From: Heteronotia binoei
Taxonomy: Eukaryota
NCBI RefSeq assembly: GCF_032191835.1
Contig: NC_083234.1
Coordinates: 26,660,001 to 26,724,000 of the forward strand
Length of the DNA stretch: 64,000 bases
Direction: 5' to 3'
Made by a program: the position numbers and the translations under genes. The number at the start of each line of letters is the position of its first letter. The stretch's first letter is position 1. Below are positions 22,409 to 34,774 of the stretch, piece after piece. The notes under the pieces are model-generated. The model did no database searches, was not told the origin of the DNA, and was given only the letters and a program-made list of their open reading frames with translations.

Positions 22409-24740
22409 TTATTTACATAACAGAACATTTAACATGCCGCAACGCATTCTTTTATGAAGTCTGTTATATCCTCCCCCCCGCCCACCATCCACCCGCTCTG
22501 CAATTGTTGCCCTGAGTGCTGCCAGCTCCCTCTTCATCTGCCGCTGCCTCTGTTCAACGCTGCCCAAACGTTGATGTGGCGCGTTCACTGCAAGGAATAG
22601 AAAATGAACATGGTGAGTGATGGCTATCGATCTTGCTGAAAGCATACTTAACCGCTCTGGTTTCATGTACTGTGGCCTCGCGTTGTACTCACAGGAGGAC
22701 TGGAACCTCTGTTCCATTCTGCTTAAAGCAGAGAGGACAGCGTTGTCAGACGCTCCAGCAGCAACCTGCTGCTGCAGTCCAGAGGGCCCTACAATGAAGA
22801 AGGTTTGGAGTTTTGTAAAGTACAACACAGGTCTGATGTGGCACAGACAAAGCAATGTCATAGATCACTGAATGAATAATTATCATACCTGGTTCATCAT
22901 CTGGCCTCTCAGGTTCTTCCAGATATCCAGAGATGGCAGCCGCAGCGGCAATCAGCATGTCTATGCCACCCCCCCCTCGGAGTATATCTGGATGCATGCT
23001 CTGAAAAAACAAGGAGCACACACAACTTTTTAGGCTTAGTCCACATTGACAGTTGTTGTAATGTAATGCGATCAAACTGATTTCATTTCCATGCTTAAAC
23101 TGCCTTCAAAATTCATTCCGCAGTACCTGAGACGGGCATTGACTCCTCCCGCCCCTCCTCCTGCTCCTCTTCCTCATCCTGTGGCTTAGGAACATCCTCT
23201 ATTGGCCGCGGTGGCTCAGGAGGTTCTTCATCCTGCTCCAATCGTCGCCTTTGCTTATGCTGTCGCACCGGCTGCCTCCTGATGGTGTCCACTGTGAATG
23301 AAGAACTGATAATTAGGGCAGTGCCCAAGATCTGAAAATAATATCGACAGCAACCTTTCTTAATTGTCAGACACATGTCCCAAATATTGTCTGGCCTAAA
23401 GTACACATCAGGGTAAGGGAGGTGAGGGTGGTTGGGCACATTCCTAAGTAATTATAAGCGACGGAGCTGCTCATGGATTGCAACATTGCAAATGCCACCC
23501 ATATAAAAAGCCAATGGTATGTTTGATTCTACGGTTTTGTGTGCATGGCTTTCTGTTCCCCCACTCATCAAGCGAGGCCACCTTTGAAACTCGTGGGCAG
23601 TCATCCATGGCCTCAGGAACCATCTCTGCATTTGCCTGATTTCACTATCATTGTGTTGCTTAAAATGTCACTGCATTCAAATCAACTCACATGTTAGCAA
23701 TGCTTCCATCACTCTTCTTTCAAATTAAGCTACCAAGCATCATGAAAGAATGGCGAAAGGTGCCCAGGATAATGTTTTCAGTATTACATTCCATTTATTT
23801 CATTCCCCTCCCTCTCTCCTCTCTTCCTTCCTCACTTCTTACCCTCCCCCTCCTTCCCACATTACTCCTTTCCTTCCTTCATTTTTCATTTTCTATGTAA
23901 TCTTTTATTTCTCTCTATTTTTCTTTCAATCTTCCTTACTTCCTTTAGCTTTCATTTTTTCTTCCTTTCTCCCTTTCCTTGCATTCACCCCCCTCCTTCT
24001 TCCCTTCCATCACACTCCATTGTAAACGCCTCCCCCTCTTTTATTCCCATCCCCCCCCAAGTTATATCTACAGTGATTTGTTGTGTATCAAAAAGCACCT
24101 GATGTCTAATGTGGTCATCATGCGTAGAAGGTTTGGCCACCCATGGTCTGAATTGAGTGCTCTAGTTCTTGGTGAAATTTTTAAAGGGGAAATAATTTTG
24201 ACACCTGACTGAAGGTTTCATGTTCCTGATTGTTAGTATATGAATCTGCACACTGGGTATGCTTGTTGTGGGTTAATTGCAAATGTGATTGCCCATCATG
24301 TGCACATTGTGTTAGCCGAACACAAAGTTTTGGTGTCCAGGTGCCATGAAGAACAGATATTGGCACTGCTTACCAAAATGGTGATGATCTTCCCACCGTG
24401 GTCTTCCCGCCGCATTCCAGAGCTCCATCATCCGGGAGTGGAACTGCGTCTGGCAGCTCTCCCTAGGAATGCCTCCCCAAGCCTCAAGGCTTGCCATGAA
24501 GTCGCACTTTATGCGTTTAAATTTGGAGTGACATTGGTCTGCATTCCTATTGAAGCCACGTCTGGTCATCCTCCAAGCAATGGCCTAATATATTCTCCTG
24601 GTCTCAATGTGAGTGCTGGCCATTAGCTCTCTTACATGCCCTGAATCGCCCACTAGGTTCAATAGGAGTTCCACCTCCTCTCTCTGCCAGAAAGTGCCTC
24701 GCCTCCTCTCCACTGGGCAGCCATTTTCTAAAAATCGCAT
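22409..24740 (-). pseudogene. Harbinger Myb/SANT-like gene 2 (exons 24740-24374, 23291-23127, 23000-22889, 22788-22693, 22587-22409)
   Basis: GTFWQREEVELLLNLV...*AIAWRMTRRGFNRNADQCHSKFKRIK...MMELWNAAGRP. TAG at 24585-24587, a probable frameshift in a G8 run near 22970, and four GT-AG phase-1 introns. Confidence 0.75.
23790..24060 (+). repeat. CT-rich low-complexity tract within a MITE remnant in Myb2 intron 1
   Basis: Near-pure pyrimidine run; the MITE-like end ggtttggccaccc lies at ~24130-24142. Confidence 0.7.
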
Positions 24741-25021
24741 TACAACGATCCTGCGAGGTAGTGAAACATGTTTAGTTTTTGAATTGACCAATGACTGGGT
24801 ACCCTGAAGCAGAAGCCTCAACCCTTTTTTATATATAGTCGTAGTTTTTGCTGTGTTCCTCACTGGTCTTTCCCCGACCCCCAAACCCATGCTTTCCCAC
24901 CAACCATGATGCCATAAGAACGTAAGAGAAGCCATGTTGGATCAGGCCAACGGCCCACGAGCAACGTTGTCAATGAGGCAACCTCTTCTACAGTATTCAT
25001 GTAATATATGTCAGCAGAGCA

Positions 25022-25411
25022 ATGAAGTCAGCAGGGAAGAACCAGCTGACTATCCCTGGACCAAAGGAGGCCAAACTTCAAAACACCCGTACACGGGCCT
25101 TCTCCATCGCAGCTCCACAACTATGGAACCAGCTCCCGGAAGAAGTGCGAGCCCTGCGGTGCCTTGACCAGTTCCGCAGGGCCTGCAAGACCTCTCTTTT
25201 CAGGATGGCCTTTGCTGGCTGAGAGACTGCTGTGAGTGACTTCGCTATTATCATTTATAAATGGAATTAGCACCTGGAAATCTGTTAATTGGAATGTTTT
25301 AAAGTTAATGTGATTTTAAACCCTGTATAATTTTATGAAATGTTGTTAGCCGCCCTGAGCCCACCTCAGCGGGGAGGGCGGGATATAAATAAAATGTTAT
25401 TATTATTATTA
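25022..25411 (+). mobile_element. L2-type LINE 3' fragment nested in the Harbinger
   Basis: TRTRAFSIAAPQLWNQLPEEVR...FRRACKTSLFRMAF followed by the tail gccgccctgagccc...ataaataaaatg(att)n. Confidence 0.8.
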
Positions 25412-25677
25412 CATTTATTTTTCAACAAAACGATGAACATTTCTCATAGTGGTACAAATAAGATAAAAAATGTAATATGAGACGGCAATGTTGTGAATTC
25501 ACACGCCTTATGGAGTGTTAGTATTTGTTCGTTATGTTTTTCCGAAATAACGCAATAGTACTTGATAGGAAAAATAAACGTTCATAGAGAAATAACATCA
25601 GCATATCAACGTGTACGGTGCTCATGCATATAATCTGCAATGGCTTGCCGTACCCGCTTCCCCTCCTCAAGTTTCCT

Positions 25678-27172
25678 TCAGTTTAAGGCCCTTAAATTTA
25701 TCTCCTCTTCCTCTGGCACCAGTATTGTGTCCTGCTCTATCATCAAGTCCAAATTTACATGCCCCTTCTCCTCGCAGATATTGTGCAGTATCGCACAGGC
25801 TTTAGCTATGGAGCTAACATTTGTAATGCAGACTTGTAGACGCGCTAAGAGGATGCGCCAGCATGCCTTCAGTCTACCGAAAGCACACTCAACATTTCTT
25901 GCCCTGCAGTGTTTCTTGTTGAAATTCCTTTGCACATCCCCCCGAGGAGAACGGAAAGGAGTCATCAGCCATGGCCTCATGGGGTATGCACACCCTGAGA
26001 ACAATGGCGGGAACGGTCACTGTTCCCAGATGAATCGTGGGATTTCCAGGAACAAACACTCTGGCATCCATCATAGTGCACAGGCTACTGTTCGCAAAAA
26101 CGAAGGCGTCATGTGAACTTCCACTAAATCCCACCTCTGCGTCAATGAATCTACCAGTGTGATCCACTGTTCCTTGGATAATCACGGAGCAGAAATTTTA
26201 CGATTACCAAATCCATTTATTCTTCCGCCCGGGGCAAAAATCGGAATGTGTCTATGGCAGCGATACAATGAGGCATGCCAGTTTTCCGAAACCAACCATT
26301 ATCTGAAAAAACAAAAAATAATCTTTAAGACAGCATCCCTGAAGTGTACGCGTGCACTGCTTCCCCGTCTGCCATGTTTACCGGCCCCCTCCCTCCCAGT
26401 AATCAAAGAAAAGGAAACATCAACAGAATGTTCAGCTTTGTAATCTCTATTTTGGTTTCTCTAAACGTTTCTAATTTAATTTTTCTTGACCACCACTACC
26501 CACAAGTGAACCGTGTAGTCTGTGGTGACATTATTATGTTACAATGAAATTATAACGAGCTGTTAAAAATTTTTTTACCTTGCCAATTTCATTCCCAAGG
26601 CTCACAATCTTTCAGAACAGCTTCTCCTCAAGAGCGAGACACACCTCCAAGAAAATTTCGCCAGCCGTAAATAATCCAATTCCGAACTGCTCACCCAATA
26701 GGCTATACGAGACACCGTTCGCTAAGTACCACATGCAGTCAGCGACACGCTTCATCGGTGGCACTGGGGACCTCATCCTTGTCTTCCTCACAAGGATTGG
26801 CTCGACGGCATGCACGCTCTCAAGGAACGTTGACCGTGACATTCTGAAGTGCGTTAGCCATTGCTTGTCGCTTCACACTTGCAGAACAAAATTCTCCCAC
26901 CAATCTACGGTTCTGGGGAATATCCAATATTGCTGTGGGAAGCGTAGGCCAGCAAGCTCGTGCCATCTCTGCAATCTCCGCCTGCGGGCAACAGTAAGGT
27001 GGCCAAGGCATGGCAAAGGTGGCGATGACGCTGAAGAGCAGAGATGGCTGAGATCCGTCTTCTTTTGCATGCATGGGTTGAATATCCTGCCATGGCACTA
27101 GTCGCAGCATTCAAAGCTAGAAGTATCAGCGCTGATTTGGGATAGCTGTCTAAGCCGGTGATCATCCATCAT
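25678..27172 (-). pseudogene. Harbinger (HARBI1-like) DDE transposase (exons ~27172-26579 and 26302-25678)
   Basis: Motifs WWENFVLQV*SDKQWLTHFRMSRSTF, AID(GTH)IPI (partly deleted), QGTVDHTGRFID...GSSHDAFVF, AYPMRPWLMTPF, ARNVECAFGRLKACWR and ACAILHNICE. Several stops and frameshifts. Confidence 0.92.
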
Positions 27173-28499
27173 GCACGGCACGCAAGCACGCAAACAGCGC
27201 TTAGAAGACAATTAAATAAAAATGGTGGATTGCCAACTTAGATTTCCCAAGGCTTAGATAAACTACCAATGGCAGGGCAAAAGGAAAACACGTGACTTTG
27301 CCAGTATTGTGCCTCTGGTATTACGCTGTAACGCAGGAAAAAACCACGATTGCGTTGTAACGTGAACACGCATCCGTGTAAAAAAAAAAAAAAAAGGAAA
27401 ATGCATGGATAAGTAAGGAGGGAGGGGGAAATTGCTCCGATTGTGGTAGAAACTCCGGGAGCAACAGTAATACGGAATCCTCTAGTGAGGAATTGGGAAA
27501 TCACACCCGCATAGAACAGCCCTGGAGCAAGAGGGAGCCAAACGGCAAATGCGGAATCAGCCTTTGTAAAGGACACAGACAAACACAATTAAACTTTAAA
27601 AAACACAACTTAAAACAAGCTTAAAATATTAGCACTTATTGATCTTAAGGGTGCTTTCTTTGTAGCTTTCCCATGGGATCCAGGGAACTGGGCAAAGGAA
27701 GCTCTGGCTCTTTCCCTCCCTCTCCAGAGGACCAGGAGGGGAAGGATCCTCAGCCAATGGAAAAAATAGAGGTTTTGCTCTGTAGCTTCTGTGCAATCGA
27801 GCAAGCCTTGTAAAGCAAGCTGAGATGCAAAAAAAAGTAAGAGAGAGGGAGAAGGAAGCAGACAAGAGACAGTTGCTCCGCGGCCTGATAGGAGCCCTCC
27901 TGGGGCCTGATTCAGCCCCTAGGCCGCATGTTGACACGCCTAGTCTAGAGGCACCAAGGAAGTATTATTCAAGGTATAAGCTTTTGTGTGCAAGCACATT
28001 TCTTCAGATGCTTTGTTGCTTTTAAAGGTGCCACTGGACTCAAACTCTGCTTTGCTGCTTCAAACCGAGAGGGGCGGGCTACCACCCTGAATCTATTCAA
28101 GGGGTTTAAGAATTCTCCTTGGCTTTCTTACACAACTTTGCCAAACTCCAAGATTCCCCACCCGGTAAGAAATTTAAGAACAGAAGAGATAAAATGAATG
28201 GAATATATTCCAGCCACCAACACCACACACCACCCCAGCTCCAAACTTAACTTACTTTCTCCCCCCTACTTGCCTGTTGCTGGGAACGGGAGCAGAAGCT
28301 GCAAAGGCAAACGCAGTTCTATTTTTAAAACAAAACTTTTTTTTAAAAAAAGTCCTAATTTTATAATGTTATGCGTCATATGCTTTGTTAGAGAACTCTG
28401 GCAAATAAGTTTGATTTCAAACGTCCGGGTTTTTAAAAAAAAAACCCTCACTGCTATTATCACACGGTGCGAATCGAACAAGGACACCTGAAAACTGGC

Positions 28500-29830
28500 A
28501 GAAAGTCAAAGCATTCCTAAGGAAATACCGTGCTATGTAGTTACCGCAGGCTGCGATCCAGTTTCATAGTGAAGCAAGTCTGCAAAGAACTGCGCTGCCA
28601 ACAGGTGCTGCAGCAGACTGATTCTCAGGTCGGATCTCTCTGCACCACGAAAAGGAATTGCAATCTCGAGCTGGCCAGAAAGATTTCCCAGTTCGGAGTC
28701 GATTCGGATATTTGCAGACTCCCGGCTGTGCTTCGAAGGGTGAGACCGAGCTCCGCTGCGTTTCAAAGGGGCACCGCACTTGTTGCACCCGGAAAACCCT
28801 CCACCCATCTACTCTTTCGGCCTGCAGCTCCTTCACAGCCCTTTCCATTTTTTTGGCATTTTAATTGCGAAAATAAACAACCCCAATGCATCATTATATA
28901 ATTGAGGGGGCAAGAACACGCCCCCCCCCTTAGCAGTAAAGTTAAGGCGATTTTTTTTTTTTAAAGTTACCGGGCCCTGGGTCGAAGCCGAGCGGGAAAC
29001 AGGATCGGGTTTTCAAGTGGCAGCGAGCTGGCAAACGGACTCTTCCTCCCGAGTTTGCAAACAGGAAGCAGCAGTTGCTCAAATCGTGGCTCGTCTGGGC
29101 AACCCACAGCGCCGCCTCCGCTCTTGGCAATGCCTGGAGACGGCAGAAGCGGTGGGGGAGAAGAGCTGGGGGGCGAACGGAAGATGCAGAAAGAGCCGCC
29201 GTTTCCTCTGCAGTTTCGCGGGTGGAAAACAGAACTGCAGCAGTTCCCCTCTGCTTAGCTGGAATTCGCATCGGATTTTTTTTCCAACTGGGAGGCGGAG
29301 GAGAGTCTGGATCCGGCGCTGCCGCTCCTCTAAAAAACGATCTCAAGCGGTTCCATTGAGTTCAACCGGCTTTCCTAGACGGATTGCAGCCTACAGGATG
29401 GGAATACGCAAACACGTGTGAGCGTTGCGCGCTCCTGCACTTTTTCTGTGTGTGTGTGTGTGTGCAAAGCAGATGCGTGCTTGAGCATATGTTAATCCGT
29501 TGCACCCCAAATGACCAGGAATTGTAGGGTAAATTGCAGTTGCTAACATCAATTTCATACAGAACGAACAGCATTTTACTGCGCAACTTTTCCACTAATG
29601 AATAGTTCATCCGACGAATTGAGCTCCAGTCCACGGTGCTGACGGATTCCCGGCTGGAGAAACCACCCCGGGCTGGTTCCTTTCTATAGTTCCGTTTTGC
29701 AAATTGGGAAGTGCTTCCAAACCAGACCCTTCCCCCACTCCACCCCGCGCGGAAATCATCATTACTTTGCGTCAGGACTACAATGCGGTACGCGGGTGTA
29801 GTGGGCGGAGGTCATTCATAAGTAAACAGA
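28500..29830 (-). promoter_or_regulatory. CpG island, probable TIRAP promoter and non-coding first exon(s)
   Basis: CpG-rich with no convincing protein. Minus-strand donor CCG|gtaact at 28971; ACTACA...TGTAGT plus a GC box at 29777-29808. It is the only island between TIRAP and FOXRED1. Confidence 0.55.
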
Positions 29831-30396
29831 AGCCTTCTGGAAGCGAGTAAATTTGTTTTCAGTGGTGTGTGAACCTGAAAAGCTGCCCCAAACTGCAAAA
29901 TCGCACGGCCAGAAATTGGACGTTTTGCTTCTACCACTTCTCCCCCACACACACCGCCTTTCCAGATTTCTCCACTAGAGTATCTCGTTTCTCTAAAGCG
30001 CAAACTTATTCCTTCGGTTCTTTAAAAATAAATTCGTTACTTTAAATAATCTGCAATAACCACCATCCTGTGGCTGAGATTGCCATCCATTACAGCTAGT
30101 AGGAGGGGGAATCCCTTTGCCACTGACCTTGCATCAAGAGGAAGTTCTGCTTGAAAGCCTCTTGCGACACCACTTTACACAAATGTTTAGGATAGGACTG
30201 TATTACTAAATCTTATGTACATCTCATTGGGAATAAGCCATCGGCATGACTGCAGCTCAGTGCACATTTTCTCGAGAGTAGGCCTCACTGGATGCAGCAA
30301 AGGCTTCTTCTAAGGAAACTTGACTAGTTTAAAGCTGCAATTGATCTGAGCTATTTGAGGCACCAGTCAATGTCTTTCAGCAATCCATCTATTACC

Positions 30397-30864
30397 TAGG
30401 GATGCCAGGTCCAATTCAAGAAATATCTGGGGACTTTGGGAGGGAGCCAGGAGAAAGGTTGTGAAATGCATAATTAAGCTCCAAAGGGAGTTCTGGCCAT
30501 CACATTTAAAGGGACTGCACACCTATTAAAATGCCTTCCTTCCACTGGAAATAATGAAGGACAGGGGCACCTTCTTTTGGGGCTCATAGAATTGAATCCT
30601 CTGGTCCAATCTTTTTGAAACTTGGAGGGTGTAATAAGGAGAGGCATTGAATGCTATGCTGAAATTTGGTGCCTCTACCTCAAAAAACAACCCCTGATAC
30701 TCACAGATCAATTCTCCATTATACCCTATTGGAATTGCTCTCCATAGGGAATAACGGAGTGCCCAGCAGACATTCCCCTCCTGCTTTCTGTTGACCCTGA
30801 AGCAGGGGGAGAGGCCCTCCAAACCAGGGGATCCCCTGCTCCCACCTGGGGATTGGCAACCCTA
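30397..30864. mobile_element. hAT-type MITE
   Basis: TIR tagggatgcca / tggcaacccta; TSD ctattacc/ccattacc. Confidence 0.75.
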
Positions 30865-32617
30865 CCATTACCTGCTGGTCTCAGGCAGAGTTCCATTTCT
30901 CCTGTTCATCAATGTCAGCTAAGGAACATTGCATACAATGGAACTGGCCATCCCATTATGAAAGGAGGACCAGCTTGGGTGATCTGCATCTATGTACTGT
31001 GGTGGGAACTTATAGAAAAGACCCATTAACTGTAACTCCAGAGGGGTAGTCCATTGTAGAAAGAAGAAACAGGGCCACTGAGGCACTTCAAATGTTTTCA
31101 TTCAGTACCTGACCAGCAGTAGTGAGTTCATCAATAAAACTTAACCTTTCTGCAGGAATGTGTACCCTCCCATTTGTCTGAAGTCTGGTGCTTCTCTGAT
31201 AACCAGATTTTCTGGGGTAGCTTGATTGCTGATATGACTGTGTAAAATCACCCCTGCAATGGAGATCCCCGACAGCTCATGAGTAATCCATTTCTTCTAC
31301 GCATTTAGCAGTGGTTTCCCTTTCACACCTGATATGCATTGAAGCCCCACCCTCAGGATTCTCTGCAAGCCCTATTTTAATTTTTAGTTTTATTTTGAGG
31401 AGCATGGGAACACAGGACTGCATAGGAATATTGCAGTACCTTTAACCATCACCTGTCTGTGGACACCTCCACAATCCCCTCCCCCTAAACACAAAACAAG
31501 GAAAGAACACTGACATGCAAAGACACAGCAGCCCGCCTCTGCTTGATGTTTGCTTACACAGTAACTGAGTAACAGGCACAAAAAGAATTACACCCTTCGC
31601 TCGTTAAAGAAGCCAACTGGAAGTAGTCAATCACCCAGGCAGAATGGACAGGCTAGGTTGCTGGTGTGCTCTGTGGCTTAAATAACTTTTAACTATAGTA
31701 ATTACTTACAGGGATGTATAACACCACTTTAAAAAGGTCAAGGTAGTCCCCTGTGCAAGCACCAGTTGTTTCCGACTCTGGGGTGATGTCGCATCATGGC
31801 ATTTTCATGGCAGACTTTTTATGCGGTGGTTTGCCACTGCCACCCCCAATCATCTGCACTTTCCCCCCACTAAGCTGGGTACTCCACTTTAGGGGGCTCC
31901 AAACAACTGAGTAGAAATTGCACAACTGCTTTCAATTTTCAAAAGTTTTTATTAGTTTCAAAAAGTTGAGAATTAGGCAACAGAAAAGAAGGGAAAGGTA
32001 AAGACACCCTACCTTCTGATATTATTTTACAAATACTTTCCTGCACAGCTGCTTTCAGTAAGCACACAGTAAAAGCTTCAAACAGCATCAGAAAAGCCAG
32101 GCATTGGTTTCTATGCTCCCATCAACTGGGATCTACATTAAATCAGGATCTGGCCTCATAAATTTCAGACTTTTACCTTCTAGTCCTGAACTCATTTGAG
32201 GATTACAGCCCAGCCCAAGACAGAGCAGCCCACCAGGTCAAGAAAGTTACACACTACATCAAGGGTCCCTTGCAGGCACCTTTGGAATTTGACACTGGTG
32301 GGTGTTGCCACAAACTGGCTGTCACCGGAGGCACAGCCAGCCATAAAATGGGCTACTACAGCTTACCTTCGGTCACAGTGAAGATTCATGTGCTGTGTTA
32401 GCAGCTGCTGCCAAAGCAACCTTTTTCAAAATATGCACAATCAGATCTCCAATGGCCAGACAGAAGCCTGGCTGGACAAAAGCACCCCCCCACACACACT
32501 TTCTGTAACCACTTGGTGGCCATCATAAAAGGTCTCCACAGGCACCATGTCAGCACTCACAGGCATCCCTTCACTACAAGCTCTGAATACAATTATCAAC
32601 CCAAAACTGGATTAGAG

Positions 32618-32840
32618 CAGGGGTGGCCAAACTGTGGCTTGGGAACTACATGTGGATCTTTCACACATATTATGTGGCTCTTGAAGCCCCTACTGCCCTG
32701 TCAGTTGGCTTGGAAAATGCATGTAAAATTGCTTTCTTTCCACCTCTCCTCCCTATCTGTTTGCTTTCTTCCTTCCATCCCTCAAACACCTGATGTTTAT
32801 TCTATGTGGCTCTTACGTTAAGCAAGTTTGGCCACCCCTG
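32618..32840. mobile_element. hAT-type MITE (CAGGGGTGGCCAAAC family)
   Basis: TIR caggggtggccaaac / gtttggccacccctg; degenerate 8-bp TSD gattagag/ggttagaa. Confidence 0.7.
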
Positions 32841-34774
32841 GGTTAGAAAGTGCCTCCAGAGCAGACACACTGGAACTGGCCAGAAAGCCAAGAGAGAAAC
32901 ACCTGATTTTTTGCTTCCCTCTCTGCAAGGGAAGGAACAAGAGCACTGCAGGTGACTATCTGAGAGGCTGTGGTGAAGCTGCACTTCGGCATCACAGCAT
33001 ACTTATAGGAAACTTGGATCCTCCTCCTCTTCCTCCTCCAAATGATGCTTTTGGTGACTTTGGCTCGTTACCCGTTTTGTGCAGCTACCAATGGCATGCT
33101 GCCCTTCCTGGTGAATCCTCCCCACCCAAAACATGAGCAAAACTATCACAGGTCTTGGTCTTTGAGAGATGAAAGGGGCCTGAGCCTTGCTTATTTCCCC
33201 TGAGGTCCACCCACAGCATCACTTCTGCTCAAACCACTGAAGCCCTGTGAAAACACCCCACTTTCACCATGCTCTTAACCTCCCCGGAAAAGCGTAAGAT
33301 ACTGACGAGGTATGAACATCAGACCCTCCCACCCCTTTCATAGCCAACCTGTTGAAGAGTTCTGAGAATTCAAAAGCTTGCATATTTTGCTGCATTATTT
33401 TGGTTGGTCTTAATAAAGGCCTTTCTGAAAGAACTGGTGCCCACCCCACGGGAATAAGCGATGATCCACTACAAGCTTTTTAAAAACTTGATTTTTATCT
33501 GTCTGTCCTCAAGGCCAAAAAAGGCTCAAAGTCTACAATATTGTACCCAATTATTTCCATGTCCCACTGGGACTTGCTTCTGAGTAATTGCGCGTAGGAT
33601 TATGCCGCGGTAACAGTTGGGAGCGAATCCTCCATTGGGGATCAAGAGCAGCAGTTGCCAGTCCTATGAAGTCTCTTGCTTCAAAATCAAGGACTGGTTT
33701 CTCAAATACGATACAAAATACACCCTGTTACGGCAGGCTGTGCTTCTTCCCTTCTGAAGAAAAATAAATCTTTTGGTCTTGCGAGATGAGCATGGACACC
33801 TCGACTGTCTCCATGCTGGCAGATCAAGGGCTTCATGAAAACGAGTTTTCACCAGCCACTAGACATTCTATTTCGTTATCTGGGATCCAGTTCGTACATT
33901 AACAGAAGCCAAACTTCACTCTTTGGCAGCATCTGATAAATGCAGGCTTCCAGCTGCTTTCCGTTAATCAGCAGTGTAAAGGCCCAGCTGAAAGGAAGGG
34001 CACATTTTCCCCTGCAAAGAAGTAAAATTATCATTTGTTGTTGTTGTGCAGAACTGAAAACTGCTTGGGCCTCATTCTTCTGGATAGTCCTCCCCAAAGC
34101 AAACTGAAAACACCTCTGAAGTGGATCTGAACAAGAGCATTGCTGTAGAGAAGTGAGATGTCTTCAACCATTCCAGGGCTGAACTAAGCACAAAGCGGAA
34201 AATCTTAGAATGTCAGAGGGAGAGTCAGAGTCAGAGCAAGGTTTGAGGGTAGCAAGCTAAGGAGAGGCAACAGAACATATGAACATATAAAGCTGCCTTA
34301 TACTGAATCAGACCCTCAGTCCATCAAAGTCAGTATTGTCTACTCAGACTGGCAGCGGCTCTCCAGGGTCTCAAGCTGAGGTTTTTCACACTTATTTTAG
34401 TTGGAGATGCTGGGGATTGAACCTGGGACCTTCTGCTTACCAAGCAGATGCTCTACCACTGAACCACCGTCCCTCCTCAACTACCATTGCTGAACCCCAG
34501 GAAGTATACTGCAGTGAGGAACCAACCCAAAGGTCAGGGCTACAGCGGAACTGTTTCACCTGCTAAGAAACCTGGTGAAGCCATGTTGCCACTCTTCTCT
34601 GAATGCCAGGTAGGCAGCAGGGGTGGCACTCTTGCTCATTATACCTGTACACTAGCAGCAGATCCTTCCAAAAGGCAACAAAAAGGTGCCCCTATATTGC
34701 AGTAGGCATCTTTGGAACTATGGCACAGGATGGTGGGTGCACCTGCAAAATGGCTGCCACAGGAGGCAAATTTT

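Larger units (their letters stand above)
19082..27562. mobile_element. PIF/Harbinger DNA transposon, ~8.5 kb, three degenerate genes
   Basis: Perfect 15-bp TIR GGCTGATTCCGCATT (19082-19096 and 27548-27562) with an imperfect extension; TTT on both flanks; encodes a Harbinger transposase and two Myb/SANT-like genes. Confidence 0.92.

Noticed and set aside
23691-24212. Hydrophobic Leu/Phe/Ser-rich ORFs resembling membrane proteins
   Set aside because: Artefact of the CT-rich tract.
22105-25680. Alternative model in which Myb2 belongs to a separate nested Harbinger
   Set aside because: No internal TIR or TSD was found by eye at either side of Myb2. Set aside but not excluded.
28530-29634. Overlapping 90-135 aa ORFs on both strands
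   Set aside because: Expected in GC-rich islands; mostly non-ATG starts and no recognisable domain.
33600-34100. Coding-looking short frames on both strands downstream of FOXRED1
   Set aside because: Interrupted by stops, no motif recognised, no consistent splice sites.
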